The translations under genes were made by a program, and so were the position numbers. This document shows, piece after piece, positions 38,739 through 51,197 of a stretch of DNA of 64,000 nt. Under the pieces are notes generated by a model, which saw only the letters and a program-made list of their open reading frames with translations, did not search any database and was not told where the DNA came from. How positions within the stretch are numbered: position 1 is the stretch's first letter; each line of letters opens with the position of its first letter. Origin of the DNA: Octopus sinensis (lineage: Eukaryota); contig NC_042998.1 in the NCBI RefSeq assembly GCF_006345805.1, positions 107,508,001 to 107,572,000 on the forward strand. The letters run 5' to 3'.

Positions 38739-38963
38739 ATATTAGGCTGAAATTCCTGACTGTTTTTATGTTAATAATTCTGGTGGTTTCTGTGGCAATT
38801 ACATTCTTACGCTTTGGAGGATCCATGTTGCAAGACAACTTTGTATCTGAGCTGACAACTCGTTACCAGAATTCTGTTGAGTTTGTCTCTTTTTATGGTC
38901 TACTCAACTTTTACCTTTACACAATGGCCTTTGTGTATTCCCCTTCGAAAAATGCTATTTATG
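38739..38963 (+). CDS. TMEM181: TMEM181 coding exon 12 (DIRLKFLT...LQDNFVSELTTRYQNSVEFVSFYGLLNFYLYTMAFVYSPSKNAIY)
   Basis: TTTTCCAG acceptor, G|GTAAGA donor. FYGLLNFYLYT.AFVYSPSKNA is diagnostic of TMEM181. Confidence 0.97.
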
Positions 38964-39897
38964 GTAAGAAAACATATTTACTTCCTTGTATAATTTTTTT
39001 TTGTGGAGCCTATTGATTTAACTGGGTGCCATAAAATATAGGTAAGCTATGGGCAAACAAAATCTATGGCTTGCTTTTAGCTATTACAGTTATATCAATA
39101 TCTTTGGAATAGTATTGCAACCACCCATTTACTTTATATCGAAAATCTTAGATTTCATACCTAGCTTGTGAAGACAGCAGTCTAATGTTCTGCTTTGTTG
39201 AGACTATGATTAGCATAGTAATCTATTTGTTTTAATCTGGGATTTATGAAACAAATACCAGCCAAATATTGTAGTCAAAATTCTGTTATTTCTCTTCTCC
39301 AACAGAAATTTGAATAAAAACTAGTTGTGTATGTTGTAATGAGAAATGATGTAATGACTGACGTTTTTTTGCAAGCTCATTTACTTGTGTGCACTTTTGG
39401 TCTTTACTATATTCTATTAGTATTTGGATTCTGGGCCATGTTTCCAGGTTTGTAATTTTTTTCTGTAGATCTTAGACATATTCTGCAGTGAAAATCAAGT
39501 CCTTAGTGTGGCCAAAGATAACCATTTTTGAATTAATGAAATGTTATTGCTAAACAAGAATATTATTGAAAAGTAAGACAATGGTTCACTGTGAACTTGG
39601 TTAAGATCTCTCTTGTAGTAAAATAACTGTCTTCATTTTCTTCTAATCTTTCACGTAATCTACTAGTAAATATTTTAGACTTCATCACCTTGGAGATCAT
39701 ATCACATGTTAAAGGAACAAGGGTTGTTGGTATTTTAATATCAAATTTGTTGGCACCATCAATAGGAATCAGATACTTTAAATGATTATATATACTAAAT
39801 TGATATACTTCAAAATTGAAATTGTTTATAAACTGTTATTTTATAACAAATTTTGTATTCTTTGATTCTTTATTAAATGACATTTTTATATTTTAAG

Positions 39898-39964
39898 AAA
39901 CCCATTTCAAGGACAATCCAGCTCTTTCTATGTTGAATGATTCTGATGAAGAAGTGCATTATGG
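39898..39964 (+). CDS. TMEM181: TMEM181 coding exon 13 (ETHFKDNPALSMLNDSDEEVHYG)
   Basis: TTTTAAG acceptor, GG|GTAAGC donor. Corresponds to KDNPAFSMLNDSDDDVIYG. Confidence 0.95.
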
Positions 39965-41082
39965 GTAAGCTTAATCTTGGTTTTTGAAAGAAATTTATCT
40001 CCTCTATTGCTCTCACTTTACTTGAATGGGTTGTCCTACCATTCATTTGATCTTAACCAATCAAAGAAATAATATATTTATTTGATTGACTGTGTTTAAA
40101 TGACTGATGGATGATTGTGTAATATACATTACGTAATATGCTTAACTAAAGTGTTACCATCTATGTCTGGAGAAATACTTTGGTGTTTTACATACTTGGT
40201 ACATATATAATCATCATCATCATTGTTTAGCATCTGCTTTCCATGCTGGCATGGGTTGGTTGCTTTGACTGAAAACTTGTAAGCTGGGAGGTTGCACCAG
40301 GTTCCAATTTGATTTGGCAAGGTTTCTATGGCTGGATGCCCTTCCTAACATCAATCACTCTGAGTGTAGTGGGTGCTTTTTACATGCCACCAGCCTGACA
40401 CTGGTATTGGCCATGACTACGGTCTCGCTTGGCTTGACAGGTCAACACAAGCAAGATATATTGCCAAGTATCTTGGTCATCTGTCACTGCCTCCATGAGT
40501 ACTTTTTACATGCCATCAGCTCGAGTGCCAGCCAAATGACACTGGCAACAGCCACAACTACTATTTCAGATAATAGAATACTGAATAAGCCAACACTATG
40601 TGTAGACAGATGTAAACACCTTCTTTTGTATGTAATATCAACATAGACAGAAAAAGAAAGATTGGCCAAATTAGCTTTAATCCTGTATTAGGATTTCATC
40701 AGTGCTATCTCTACCTGTCCATGGAAAAACATTTATAACCTACAACTTCAGGTTTTCTCAAAATGAACTTCATGAAATAAGCTTATTATATAAGCCAAAT
40801 GCTATTCACTATTGTTTTTTAATATTTTATATATATACATTTATATATGTGTATGTGTGTTTTTTTTTATATGAAAAATATTCTTTCTCTAATATAACTT
40901 TTATTTCATTAATCTTTTATTGGAATTGGGGTGGAGGAGGTTGCCTGCCAAATCTATGTATATATTCTGTAGTAGTTTATAGTTTTGAAACACTGATAAA
41001 ACGCTAGTAATATATGGTAGAAACTCTCTCTCTCTCTCATTCACTCACTCACACACACACACACACACACACACAGACAGAC

Positions 41083-41345
41083 AGAGGCATGTGGCCTAGT
41101 GGTTAGGGTATTGCACTCTCAGTTACAGTTTCCATTCTTTGACTGATAGTGTATTGTGTTGAGCAAAACACTTCATTTCATGTTGTCTCTCCACTCAATT
41201 GTAAATAGGTAACTCTGCAACAGACTGATGTTCTGTTGAGGGAGAATGTTGGTCTTTCTACCTGGCCAGCAGGGTGACGTCATTTGAACGCTACAACAAT
41301 GTGAAGTAGCGCATTGTAACCATTAGTGTTTAACATCTGATTAGT
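41083..41345 (+). mobile_element. Degraded tRNA-head SINE related to the 16648 copy (approximate)
   Basis: GAGGCATGTGGCCTAGTGGTTAG head following a (CA)n tract. Confidence 0.65.
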
Positions 41346-41707
41346 CTGAATGATACAATGATGCACTAACACACACATTGAGTTGAAAAACTAACTTTCA
41401 TGCAATCAGTAATAAATTCTCCCTCTAAGGGTTAAAAATCTAAAAAGAAGCAAAAGAGATAACTCCAATAAAATCAATGATAAATTTTTTGAAAATGAGT
41501 TGATGTGAATGGAAGTGATTCTTGTCTTTAAAACCAGCTGGGAGAAGCAATTGACAGGTTTCAATGTTTTTATCTTTTTTTTTATATACTACTCTCCCTC
41601 TGACTAGTTTTTCTCATGTACTTTGTTCACCTTCTTTATTCAGTAATTTATCTGCCATATTATTGAAGTAGTTATAGTCTAATGGAAATTTCTTGTTATT
41701 GTTGTAG

Positions 41708-41789
41708 TTCTGACCAAGAAGAGGTTTCCTTGACAAGTCGGCAGAGACAAATGAATCGTTATGACACCGATGATGATACATTCCACTAG
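41708..41789 (+). CDS. TMEM181: TMEM181 last coding exon (SDQEEVSLTSRQRQMNRYDTDDDTFH*)
   Basis: TTGTTGTAG acceptor with phase 2 matching exon 13, giving YG|SD as in the TMEM181 tail. TAG stop at 41787-41789. Total CDS is 1482 nt (493 aa). Confidence 0.88.
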
Positions 41790-43420
41790 AATCTCCAGTT
41801 TCTTCACAATTATAACATAACAATGCTTATTCATGTTGTTTACAATAATATTGGTTTTTAAATTCTGTTTATTTTTGCAAAAGAAGAGTTGGTAAAGTTT
41901 CTTCTTATTTTATATGCAAGACTGTTTCTAAAGAAATATAAAAATTCAGTTGGCAATAGTGAAAGAGATGAACTACTTAATGCATTTCAAATATTTTTCT
42001 CTTGTAAAATATTTCTCAAAAAAGCAATCTACATTTAAGTTTTGAAGGACATTTTATGTATATATTGGGGTGTATATATTTCCTTTGTAACAGTATTTCA
42101 TATCTATTTTATTTAACTCCTACAAACACTGTAGGATTCACTCTAATGTTGAATATATTTTAATTGAATTTATTGTTTGGAACTTTTTTTTTTATTTTAC
42201 CTTGTTAATCTCTAAGCTATCATGTTTGTCTTCATGTAGAGTGGGAGAAATTATCTTCATAGTTGTTATGACATTGTGATAAAGATGGTGATTATTAAAG
42301 CTATTTGCATTTATTACCAAAACCCATTGCATTTGGAGAGATGAGCAGACATTTGTTTTAGATATACAGGGAACATTCTGGACACTTTAATTATTTGTAA
42401 ATAATATTTTTGGTGGAGGAAGCCTTTAGAACAAACATTATTTTATTCTACTAGATTATTAATACATTTTGTTTCCCTAAGTCATTAAGGTATTAACATT
42501 ATTTTATTCGAGTGGATTATTCATTCATTCATTTTATTTTCCTCACTGTAAGACATTAAGACATTAATTCTGAAACCAACAAGTTTTCAGTTTTGTAATA
42601 TAACTTTGATATTCAATGTTACAGTAAATCTGGAATGTTTGGTATTACTGTAGCTGTTAATGAAACAAGGAATTATTTTACTCCATTCTGTTTTGTAATT
42701 ACTACAACCCTGAACAGGACAGTTATTTTCAATGGTAGGGGTTAAACATTTAGTCCTTTATTTTCAATAGAAAGTCAAAGTGGGATTGATCTGTATAGCA
42801 CATTCATTTTAAGAGAGAGTTTATGTTACTCCCAGTTAACATAAATATGAAACATGTAGTGCATTTAATGTTTTATAATCTGTGTTGACAGATTGTTAGT
42901 GAAAACTACAATCACAAATTTAGTATTCATTTTTCATATCAAGCATCTTTGATTGGGCAGTATTTTCTCTTAAATGGTGAAAACAATTTTAGTTATCTTC
43001 AGAAATTTGATTTTTTTTGTTTTTAATAATCAAATAATATTGCTAACACAAAAATGGAAAAAAGTGAAGCAAAATGTAAACAGGTTTTCATAACATTCCC
43101 TTCTGTATTTATTTTCAAAATTTTTCACTTGTAAAATAATCATAGATCTCAGTGTTAATGTTATGAGGAAAGTGAAAGGTAAATATTCTTTGAACAAATG
43201 TTGGGAGCCATTTTTATAATGTACTTACAGCATACATTTTAACTAAGTGAAGCTGTAAAGTTTCAAAGAGAAACTAGTTACCTGTTTACAAATTTATACC
43301 TTGAAGGTGCTGATGACATCACTAAGGAAAGATATTTGCTACTTTTTTTTTGCAGTTAGCATTGAAGATTGATGTATCTTTTTTTAATAAACAAGTGATG
43401 AAAATTGCAGTAGTCACCAC
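41790..43420 (+). other. Probable TMEM181 3' UTR; first AATAAA at 43386-43391
   Basis: About 1.6 kb of AT-rich, transposon-free sequence after the stop codon. The first canonical AATAAA I found is at 43386, and SINEs resume just after it. Confidence 0.5.
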
Positions 43421-44541
43421 ACAGCAAAAGTAAAAGATATTTGATTTTCATTAAAAAATATATATATATTGTAAGTTACTTTGTGATATTGTTGGTACTG
43501 GTACCATGTAAAAAGCACTCAGTTCTCTCTGTAAAGTGGTTGGTGTTAGGAAGGACATACAGCTGTAGAAACCAAGCCAAGACAGACAATGGAGCCTGAT
43601 GCAGCCTTGGCTTTTATTAACTCCTGTCATCAACCCATGCCATCATAAAATATGAACAAAATGATGATATATATATATATATTTTTTGAGAATTACTGTG
43701 AAGAAAGTTTGGGGTAAATAAAAAAAGCCCTTCAAAAGACAACTTCAAAGAGTGCAAATTCAATTCTCATTAGAATCCTATCAAAATTTCATGAATTAAT
43801 CTTCAAGCTTTAGGTTTTTAAAGAGGAGTCTCACTTCCAGATAACCATTTAAAGGAAATATATTCTCATGATGGTTTGTTTTTGATAGGGAAGTAAAAGA
43901 ATCATACAGTTAGGTAATTTTCAGTTGAATATGTAAGATACTCTTCAGATGATTCAGGATATTGGTTATGTGGAAACAGTGAGGTAAGCTAGTAGAGAAA
44001 ATGATTGATTTTTCTTTATTGATTCCACATACTTTATAGTCACAGTAGGTTTCTTTAACTAAGGAGTTTATTCTACTTTTTATATATTTTTGTTAAATTT
44101 GAATTTTGTACACAAAAAATTGAAGTTCTAATGAAAACATTCCATTAGTTAAATATATTAGTTTTATGAATAATTTAAAGGAAATATGTTTAAATGGTTT
44201 CTTGATTTAAGAGTTAAGCTGTATCACTTGAAAACCAGTTGATCAGTGAGATGAAATTAATTTATCAACCACAATATTTGAATACCAAGTTAGATTGTTA
44301 TAATTTCAGTTGCAACAAATATATCCAAATGTTTTGAGTTTGATACAGATTTATTTTTTTACATTTTTGTTTCCATAAAGTTGAAGTTTATTATTTATCT
44401 CCACATTTATATTTCTATTGTCATTATTTAAATTAGTCTATCTCCAGGCATTATATTTTTCTACATATCCGTGTGATACTTACCTTTTTAACAATAAGCA
44501 ACTCTAACTTTGAATTTGTTTTGAGCACAGTTCCAGTGGCA

Positions 44542-44590
<49 letters not shown>

Positions 44591-44593
<3 letters not shown>

Positions 44594-44826
44594 GGAGTAA
44601 ACACATAATGTGAAACAAGGTGGAAAAAAGAGTACTCAAATACCAGTGGTAGAGTAATATGCTTTATTTTAAGCAGCAGAAAATTCAACAAAATCTGTTA
44701 CTCTGAGTTTCTCGTTGCCGTTCATCAGACAGTTCTTGCTAGAATCTAGCAAGAACTGTCTGATGAACGGCAACGAGAAACTCAGAGTAACAGATTTTGT
44801 TGAATTTTCTGCTGCTTAAAATAAAG
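44591..44826. mobile_element. Penelope-like element terminus with a perfect inverted repeat, embedded in (TA)n
   Basis: 82-bp arms at 44662-44743 and 44745-44826, flanked by TA microsatellites and containing a hammerhead core. The Penelope assignment is by architecture only. Confidence 0.65.
44756..44793 (+). ncRNA. Minimal type I hammerhead ribozyme motif (mirror copy on the - strand at 44695-44732)
   Basis: Stem I CTGT/ACAG; core CTGATGA; stem II A-CG-GCAA-CG-A; GAAA; stem III ACTC-A-GAGT; GUA cleavage triplet ending at 44789. Position 10.1/11.1 is an A.A mismatch. Confidence 0.7.
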
Positions 44827-47285
44827 TATATATATATATATATATATAATATGTATGCATGTTAATTAGAAAAGAAAAATCACTTGAAGATTGCCAGCAA
44901 GTATGCTGAGAAAAATATCAATAGAATACCAGATTCATAGTCTGAAGGTGCAAAGTTCTTTTCTAGCAATAACTTGTGTACAAAGTACATTTTACTTCCT
45001 CTACATCATTTTACTTGGTCAGATCTGCTATTGACTTCTCATGTTTTTAATGGTTTGGTCTGGAAGAATGGGCTCTGCTCATAGTCTTTGCAAATCCTCC
45101 AGACCCTTTCATTATGTCTTTCTGGTTCTCTATAACCAGCTTATGTTATATGTTCTCTTTATCCATCTTATTGTTAATTCTAACTACATACGTATACTCT
45201 GTAACACCTGAATTTCATGTCACATTTCTAATTACTAATACCTCAAAGACAGGTTAATCTATTTAATAAAGTATCTGCTTTACATCACTTGTTGCTGACT
45301 CATACACAATATTTTAGTGAAGGTCATCTGTAGTAGATGTGGTGTTAAAAATGTCACCTGATTTGCATTATTATTACATTCATTATGAAGGTAGTGAGTT
45401 GGCAGAATCATTAGCATGCCAATCAAAATGCTTAGCGGTATTACATCTGTCTTCGTGTTCTAAGTTCAAATTCCGCCAAGATTGACTTTGCTTTCACCCT
45501 TTTGGAGGTTGACGAAATAAGTACCAGTTGAGCACTATGGTCAATGTAATTAACTATCTCCTACCTCCAAATCCTATATTAGGATTATGCACAGAATGGT
45601 GACAGGCTGAAATAATAGAGCAAAGTATTAAATGCCTTGCAGTGTGTAGTTATGTCCCTTTATATTTCCAGTCCAAATCCCACTGAGGTCAACTTTGCTT
45701 CTCATCTTTCCAAGGTCACTGAAACAGAAGACAAATACTGGGATCAATCTAATCGACTATACCGTCCATCATGATGTGTGGCCTTGTGCTCCTGTCAGAT
45801 TCCTTGTCTACAGGACTTAATAAACTTAGCCATGTAGTCGGGACTGATCAACTTTTTAATTCTGCAATATTGGGTGAGAGGACAAATGAACTGTGGCAGA
45901 TTTGTTTGAACAAGTTAAACCATGTCAGCATTGAATCTTAGTTTTGAAATATATGCATTAAACAATTTATACTGCTTTTTATATAGTGTAGGTAACTGTA
46001 TAGTTAAATTGATACTATGGTTTCATATAAGTAACAAGTGAAACATGATGAACTGAACCTCTTCATTACATCCATGAAGATAAACTTCACTTCGAAATCA
46101 TGCTATAAATTTAATTATTTAGTTACCTATAAACACAACAGACTCAACATACTTCACTGCAAGCATGTATTGAGTACTATAATGTTTACACACATGTTAC
46201 TGTGTGTGCATATACACATATATACATGTATGTATACATTTTTCTTGTGTTATGTTGCTTATTCTCTATTTTCAAATGTTTTTGGATTATTAAAGGAAGT
46301 GAATGACAATGTACAGGATGAACAGAATGCTTCGTGGTATTTAGTTATGTCTTTTCACATTCCAAGTTCAAATCCTATCTGAGTGGGTGGAGGGTTAGCA
46401 ACAATAAAGTAAGTATCAGCAACATAATAGTAGTTAATTCAATTGACCACACCTCTATCTCTAACTTGAAAATTATTACATTCTAAATTCAGTTTTATAT
46501 TTTAGGTTGTGTTCAGCATTACTATTTTGTCAAATTTTCAATACACTTCTGAATTCTGTAAAATAATGTACAAAAATAACTATAAAATATAAAGCATGAA
46601 ATTAATTTATTGTATTTTCTAAATAAATGTTTGTAACATTTACTAAATATTTATGTATTTATTGATTAAAGTTATGTTTATATGTTTTATCGCTTGTTGG
46701 CTTATTTGTTGTGTGTGTGACATTAATTTGTTTCTTTCATTACTGTTTTTTTTTTTATATAATTTGTTTCAAATGTGGCTATGGGGTTAAGAAGTTTGCT
46801 TCCCAACCATTTTAACTTGGGTTCAGTCCCACTGTAGAGCATTTTGGGCAAACGTCTTCCATTATAAGCTTGGGGCTGACCAAAGCTTCGAGAGTAGATT
46901 TCATTGAAACTTGTTGTGTGTGTATCTGTGTGGTGTGTGTCTTCCACTTGCCATGAAGTGCAATCAGTATGCTCTATAAAGCAGTTGCCATTAGGAAGGG
47001 CGTCCAGCTGTAGAAACCATGCCAAAACTAAGACACTGATGTCCTTGAACTGCTCAACCCTTGCCGACCTTGGAAAGTGGACATGATGCTGCTGGTCATG
47101 ATATTGATACTACACAGTACTACAGAATATATCGATAGATTTTAGCCAACAAAGCATGTAATAGCTGTAAACAACTTGTGTCTATATTATCTTTGTGGAT
47201 AGAAAAGAAGAATCAGCCAGACTAATTTCAACTGTATTGGGATTTCGTCAGCAACTGAGTAACCTCTGTCTATAGATAAGTTGTT

Positions 47286-47606
47286 TATAAACCCGCTATT
47301 ACTGAACTTAAGTAAACTGATAGGTCAGTTTCATCATCATCATCGTTTAACATCTGCTTTCCATGCTAGCATGGGTTGGATGATTTTGACTGAGGCCTGG
47401 TGAACCAGATGGCTGCACCAGGCTCCAATCTTGATCTAGCAGAGTTTCTACAGATCAAGATTGGAGCCTGGTGCAGCCATCTGGTTTGCCAGGCCTCAGT
47501 CAAAATCGTCCAACACATGCTAGCATGGAAAGCAGACGTTAAACGATGATGATGATGATGAAACTGACCTATCAGTTTACTTAAGTTCAGTAATAGCAGG
47601 TTTATA
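47286..47606. repeat. Fold-back inverted duplication, arms of about 152 and 155 bp, 14-nt spacer
   Basis: Arm 47286-47437 versus 47452-47606. Each arm contains a SINE tail plus about 45 bp of flanking non-SINE sequence. Confidence 0.92.
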
Positions 47607-47940
47607 TTTTGGATATATAAAACATTCTTGATAGCTAGTTCAATTAGTAGAACATCTGTAGTGTTTTGTTTCAATGCCATACACAGTACAGAGTATATCA
47701 AGTTTACTTACAAACCCATTATTACTAAGGGCTTAAGTAGTATCTCTGGATAGTTAAAGAGGTTACTCAGTTGCTCATGAAATATCAACACAGCAGCACT
47801 GTTATACACCTGTCTATACATAAAATATAAAATCTATAGATATATTGTGAAGTGCAGTAGGGTATAACATCTTAACACACCAGCCTAGAAATACATATAT
47901 TTTTTTTACAGATGACATCTATAATTATGTTATCTATAAT

Positions 47941-48237
47941 TTAGAAAGGTTGTAGAGTTGCCATAATACCTTGGAGGGACCAATGAATTGGTGATGTGTT
48001 TTCTTTATAAATGTCAACCTCTAGTACTGATTTATTGTCATTGGAGCGTGATCCATAGACAGGACATGGGTAGATGTTCTCCTTCACATTCAGACTGTAA
48101 TATACATGAATTACTGGTAATTGAGTTGGCGATCCTTTTGTAACTGTATCTAACACCTGTCCAGAAGTTCTGTCCCAAAAGAAATCCCATGAGTAGATTC
48201 CATAAATGAAAACTCCTTCAGCTGGTGGCTCTCGGAT
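47941..48237 (-). CDS. Dynein heavy chain-like, last coding exon (IREPPAEGVFIYGIYSWDFFWDRTSGQ...YPCPVYGSR...HWSLQGIMATLQPF*)
   Basis: TTTACATTTAAAG acceptor. Contains P..GV.I.G, WD, CPVY and terminal HW...G motifs of the dynein C-terminal barrel. TAA stop at 47943-47941. Confidence 0.9.
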   Translation of the reverse strand: MREPPAEGVFIYGIYSWDFFWDRTSGQVLDTVTKGSPTQLPVIHVYYSLNVKENIYPCPVYGSRSNDNKSVLEVDIYKENTSPIHWSLQGIMATLQPF

Positions 48238-48389
48238 CTTTAAATGTAAAACAAGATCATGTGATTAATGGAATACACACACAAAACAAAAACGAAGAAA
48301 TGATGGGTAATGAAACACATTCACCAAATTATCATCAGAACTATGACTCTCATCATTCTAACATCCATTGTTTCAAATTGGTATGAATT

Positions 48390-49235
48390 GGATGTTAGTT
48401 AGTTTTTGGCTCAAAAAGCAAAAAGCAAGGCCATGTAGGGGGACATGGAGTTATGTACAGGGTGGTGTTCATGTAAAGAGTTCAGGCCACTTGAGGTCAA
48501 GGGAGACTTTGAACAAAGCGGTCGTCGGCATCTTCACCATCTCGTCTGGCAGCTTGTTCCACGGATCCGCAACCCGGACGGAGAAAGCCCCTCTCCTTCG
48601 ATTGAGATGAAATCGTCGTAGATAGAGCTTTTCGGAATGACCCCACAGCAGACGCTCTGGAGCAGGAGTGAAGAATAGCTCTTTCGAGAGGTTACACTTT
48701 CCGCTTATGGTGTTGTGAGCGAGAATGAGATCACCATGGCGGTGGCGTTTTTCTAGAGAATAAAGGTCGAGCGTCTTTAGCCTTTCTTCATAAGACAAAT
48801 TCTTGAGACCATGAACCATGCGGGTAGCCAGCTTCTGGACTCTTTCGAGATGCTGTATGTCTTTGAGGAGATAAGGAGAAGAGGCTTGAATCCCATACTC
48901 CAATAAGGGTCTCACCAGCGTGACATAGAGCGGTAGGAATATGGCTGCTGTGAGCATTCCGAATGACCGTCGAATCAAGAACAGAATTCCGCGTGCTTTG
49001 TTGGCAGCATGGATGCACTGGGTCGAAGGAGAAATCCACCAAGATACCCAGGTCCTTTACCTGATCGGTCCTCTCCAGCAGCAGACGACCCGGCTCGAAA
49101 TCAAGTTGAGTTACAGGAGGAGAGCCAACAGGCAGATGACAGCACTTTGACACGTTCAGACACAGGTCCCATTCGTTAGACCACCTCCAAATTTGGTGGA
49201 GGCATCGACGAAGATCCTCTATATCACCACGATGG
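48390..49235 (-). mobile_element. 5'-truncated, relatively young CR1/L2-like LINE in the last dynein intron
   Basis: LNVSKC, VKDLGILVD, LYVTLVRPLLEYG..A.SPY, LERVQK.ATR and FSVRVADPWNKLP. GC-rich with CpGs retained and a (CTAA)n tail. Confidence 0.9.
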
Positions 49236-51035
49236 TTGTAGTACAGAAAAAAACTTTGTCTTAATCCTGCATCATCTCATCCATGAACTTCAACAATTTG
49301 AACATCTCCCTTGGCCTTTCTATACCACAGCACACATCACCTTTTTTTTTATCTCATATGTTACTACTGCTCTGTTGTTAAAGAAAGAGAATATCGTGAC
49401 CTTTCCTAAGGCCATCTGCAGAACCAAAGTGAACAATTTCAAAATGTGATTGAAAGCAGTGGGGAGCTTTGACATAACAACATAAAGTATGGCCTAGAGA
49501 GTATAATAATAAAATGTCTCCAAGAAACGACTCTAAATTATAAATATCTCAGGTGTTTCAAATTGGGCATCATATTTATGTAGACGCAATTGTCTGAAAG
49601 GCACAGGTGTGACTGTGTGGTAAGAAGCTTGCTTCCCAACCACATGGTTCTTGGTTCAATCCCACTGTGTGGCACCTTGGGCAAGTGTCTTCTATAGCTT
49701 CGGGCTGACCAAAGCCTTGTGAATGGATTTGGTAGACGGAAATTGAAAGAAGCCCATTGTATATATATGTATATATGTGTGTGTGTGTCTGTCCCACAAT
49801 CACTGACAGCCAGTGTTGGTGTGTTTATGTGCCTGTAACTTTAGTGGTTCGGTAGAGACTGATAGAATAACTAGGCTTAAAAAAATAAGTCCTGGGAGTC
49901 GATTTCAAGGCAGTGCTCCAGCATGGCTACAGTCAAATGACTGAAACAAATAAAAGAATAAAATATTAATATAGTCCAGGGTACACAATATTTGAAAATA
50001 TTCTTTCTTCAAGCAGTTTTGCATCTCATAGAAAAAGAGAGAAATCCTTTATTGATAACAAAACTAACAACTCCCTGGTATTCTCTAACTTCCTCTCTGT
50101 TTTAGCTACTATCCCTAACAATAACTTGATAACCTAAGTAACAGAATAACAGTTGTGTTTAATGAGTTTGGATTTAACACCAACTTTCTATAGACAGTCA
50201 AACAAATCTATCCCTCAAAAATTCTGAGCTTAGATGCGACAATTTTAGAGTTCAATTTTACTTTTCTTCCTCTAGAAATGGTAAAATATATACTGGGGAC
50301 AATTTAATCATTGCTACTCCCACCACCTTTGTATGTGTTCCTGTGCCAATGTACTATTGTGTTAATATGGAAATATAGTTACTTGGATTGTCATTTTGAT
50401 AATATATTAGAACAGTAGAATGTTAGTCTTCTGTAGTCATGTCTCTTTGCTATTGATTCAAGATTGAAGACTGTGGTATTGATTCCAGGGCAGTGTGTTG
50501 AGTTCTTGAATGAAACACTTCACATTGTTCCAGTTACCTTAGTAGTAAATGAGTAACCCTGTGACAGACTGGCATCCTGTTCAGATGGAATGTTGTGATC
50601 TTGGTCACTTATTTGTCATGGAAACCAAGTAGCTAACCCTACAACTCCTAGAACTTGAGGCAGTAATGTCCAAGGGTTGTTGATGGTGATGACGATATAC
50701 CCTTCTATAAAAACCACAGTGGCCACACTTCTTGTGGTAGTGAGATCTCTTGGATACCTTGCTCATTCGTTTCTCTTCCTCTTGTACAGTACCCTATCAT
50801 AACCACCACCAAGCCTGGCATTAACCATTTTTCCAGCTCATTTCCAGAATGCCAGTCCTCAAGAAATTCTCTTTCTTTGCTTGTGTTTTTCTTGCAACCA
50901 TAACTAACATCCAACAGAACATCAACTACACTGACATCATCAACCTCAGAGGGTCCATGAAGGCTATGGACAAAATCCCTTCTTTAAAGCCTAACTATAA
51001 AAGAGAAAGAAAGTAAAAACAAAATTAATAAATAC

Positions 51036-51197
51036 ATGATCTTTATCTCTTCCTGTGATCACTGTATGAACTGTTATTGTTTCATAATCATTATTTTCAA
51101 TTGACATTTTGCAGATAAACTCTCTCCTGAAGATGGATAAAAACATTTTTGGTCTGAAGAAAGCACCTAGCCAATAGGAGGGCATTTTCTCTCGGCC
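51036..51197 (-). CDS. Dynein heavy chain-like, penultimate coding exon (GREKMPSYWLGAFFRPKMFLSIFRREFICKMSIENNDYETITVHTVITGRDKDH)
   Basis: TTCTTTTGCAG acceptor, CAT|GTATTT donor, phase 0/0. P.YWLG.FF.P..FL motif of dynein heavy chains. Confidence 0.9.

Noticed and set aside
41789-47941. Conserved synteny with vertebrate TMEM181-DYNLT1
   Set aside because: The convergent neighbour here is a dynein heavy chain, which is not homologous to the Tctex-type light chain DYNLT1. No DYNLT1-like exon was seen, so this is treated as coincidence.
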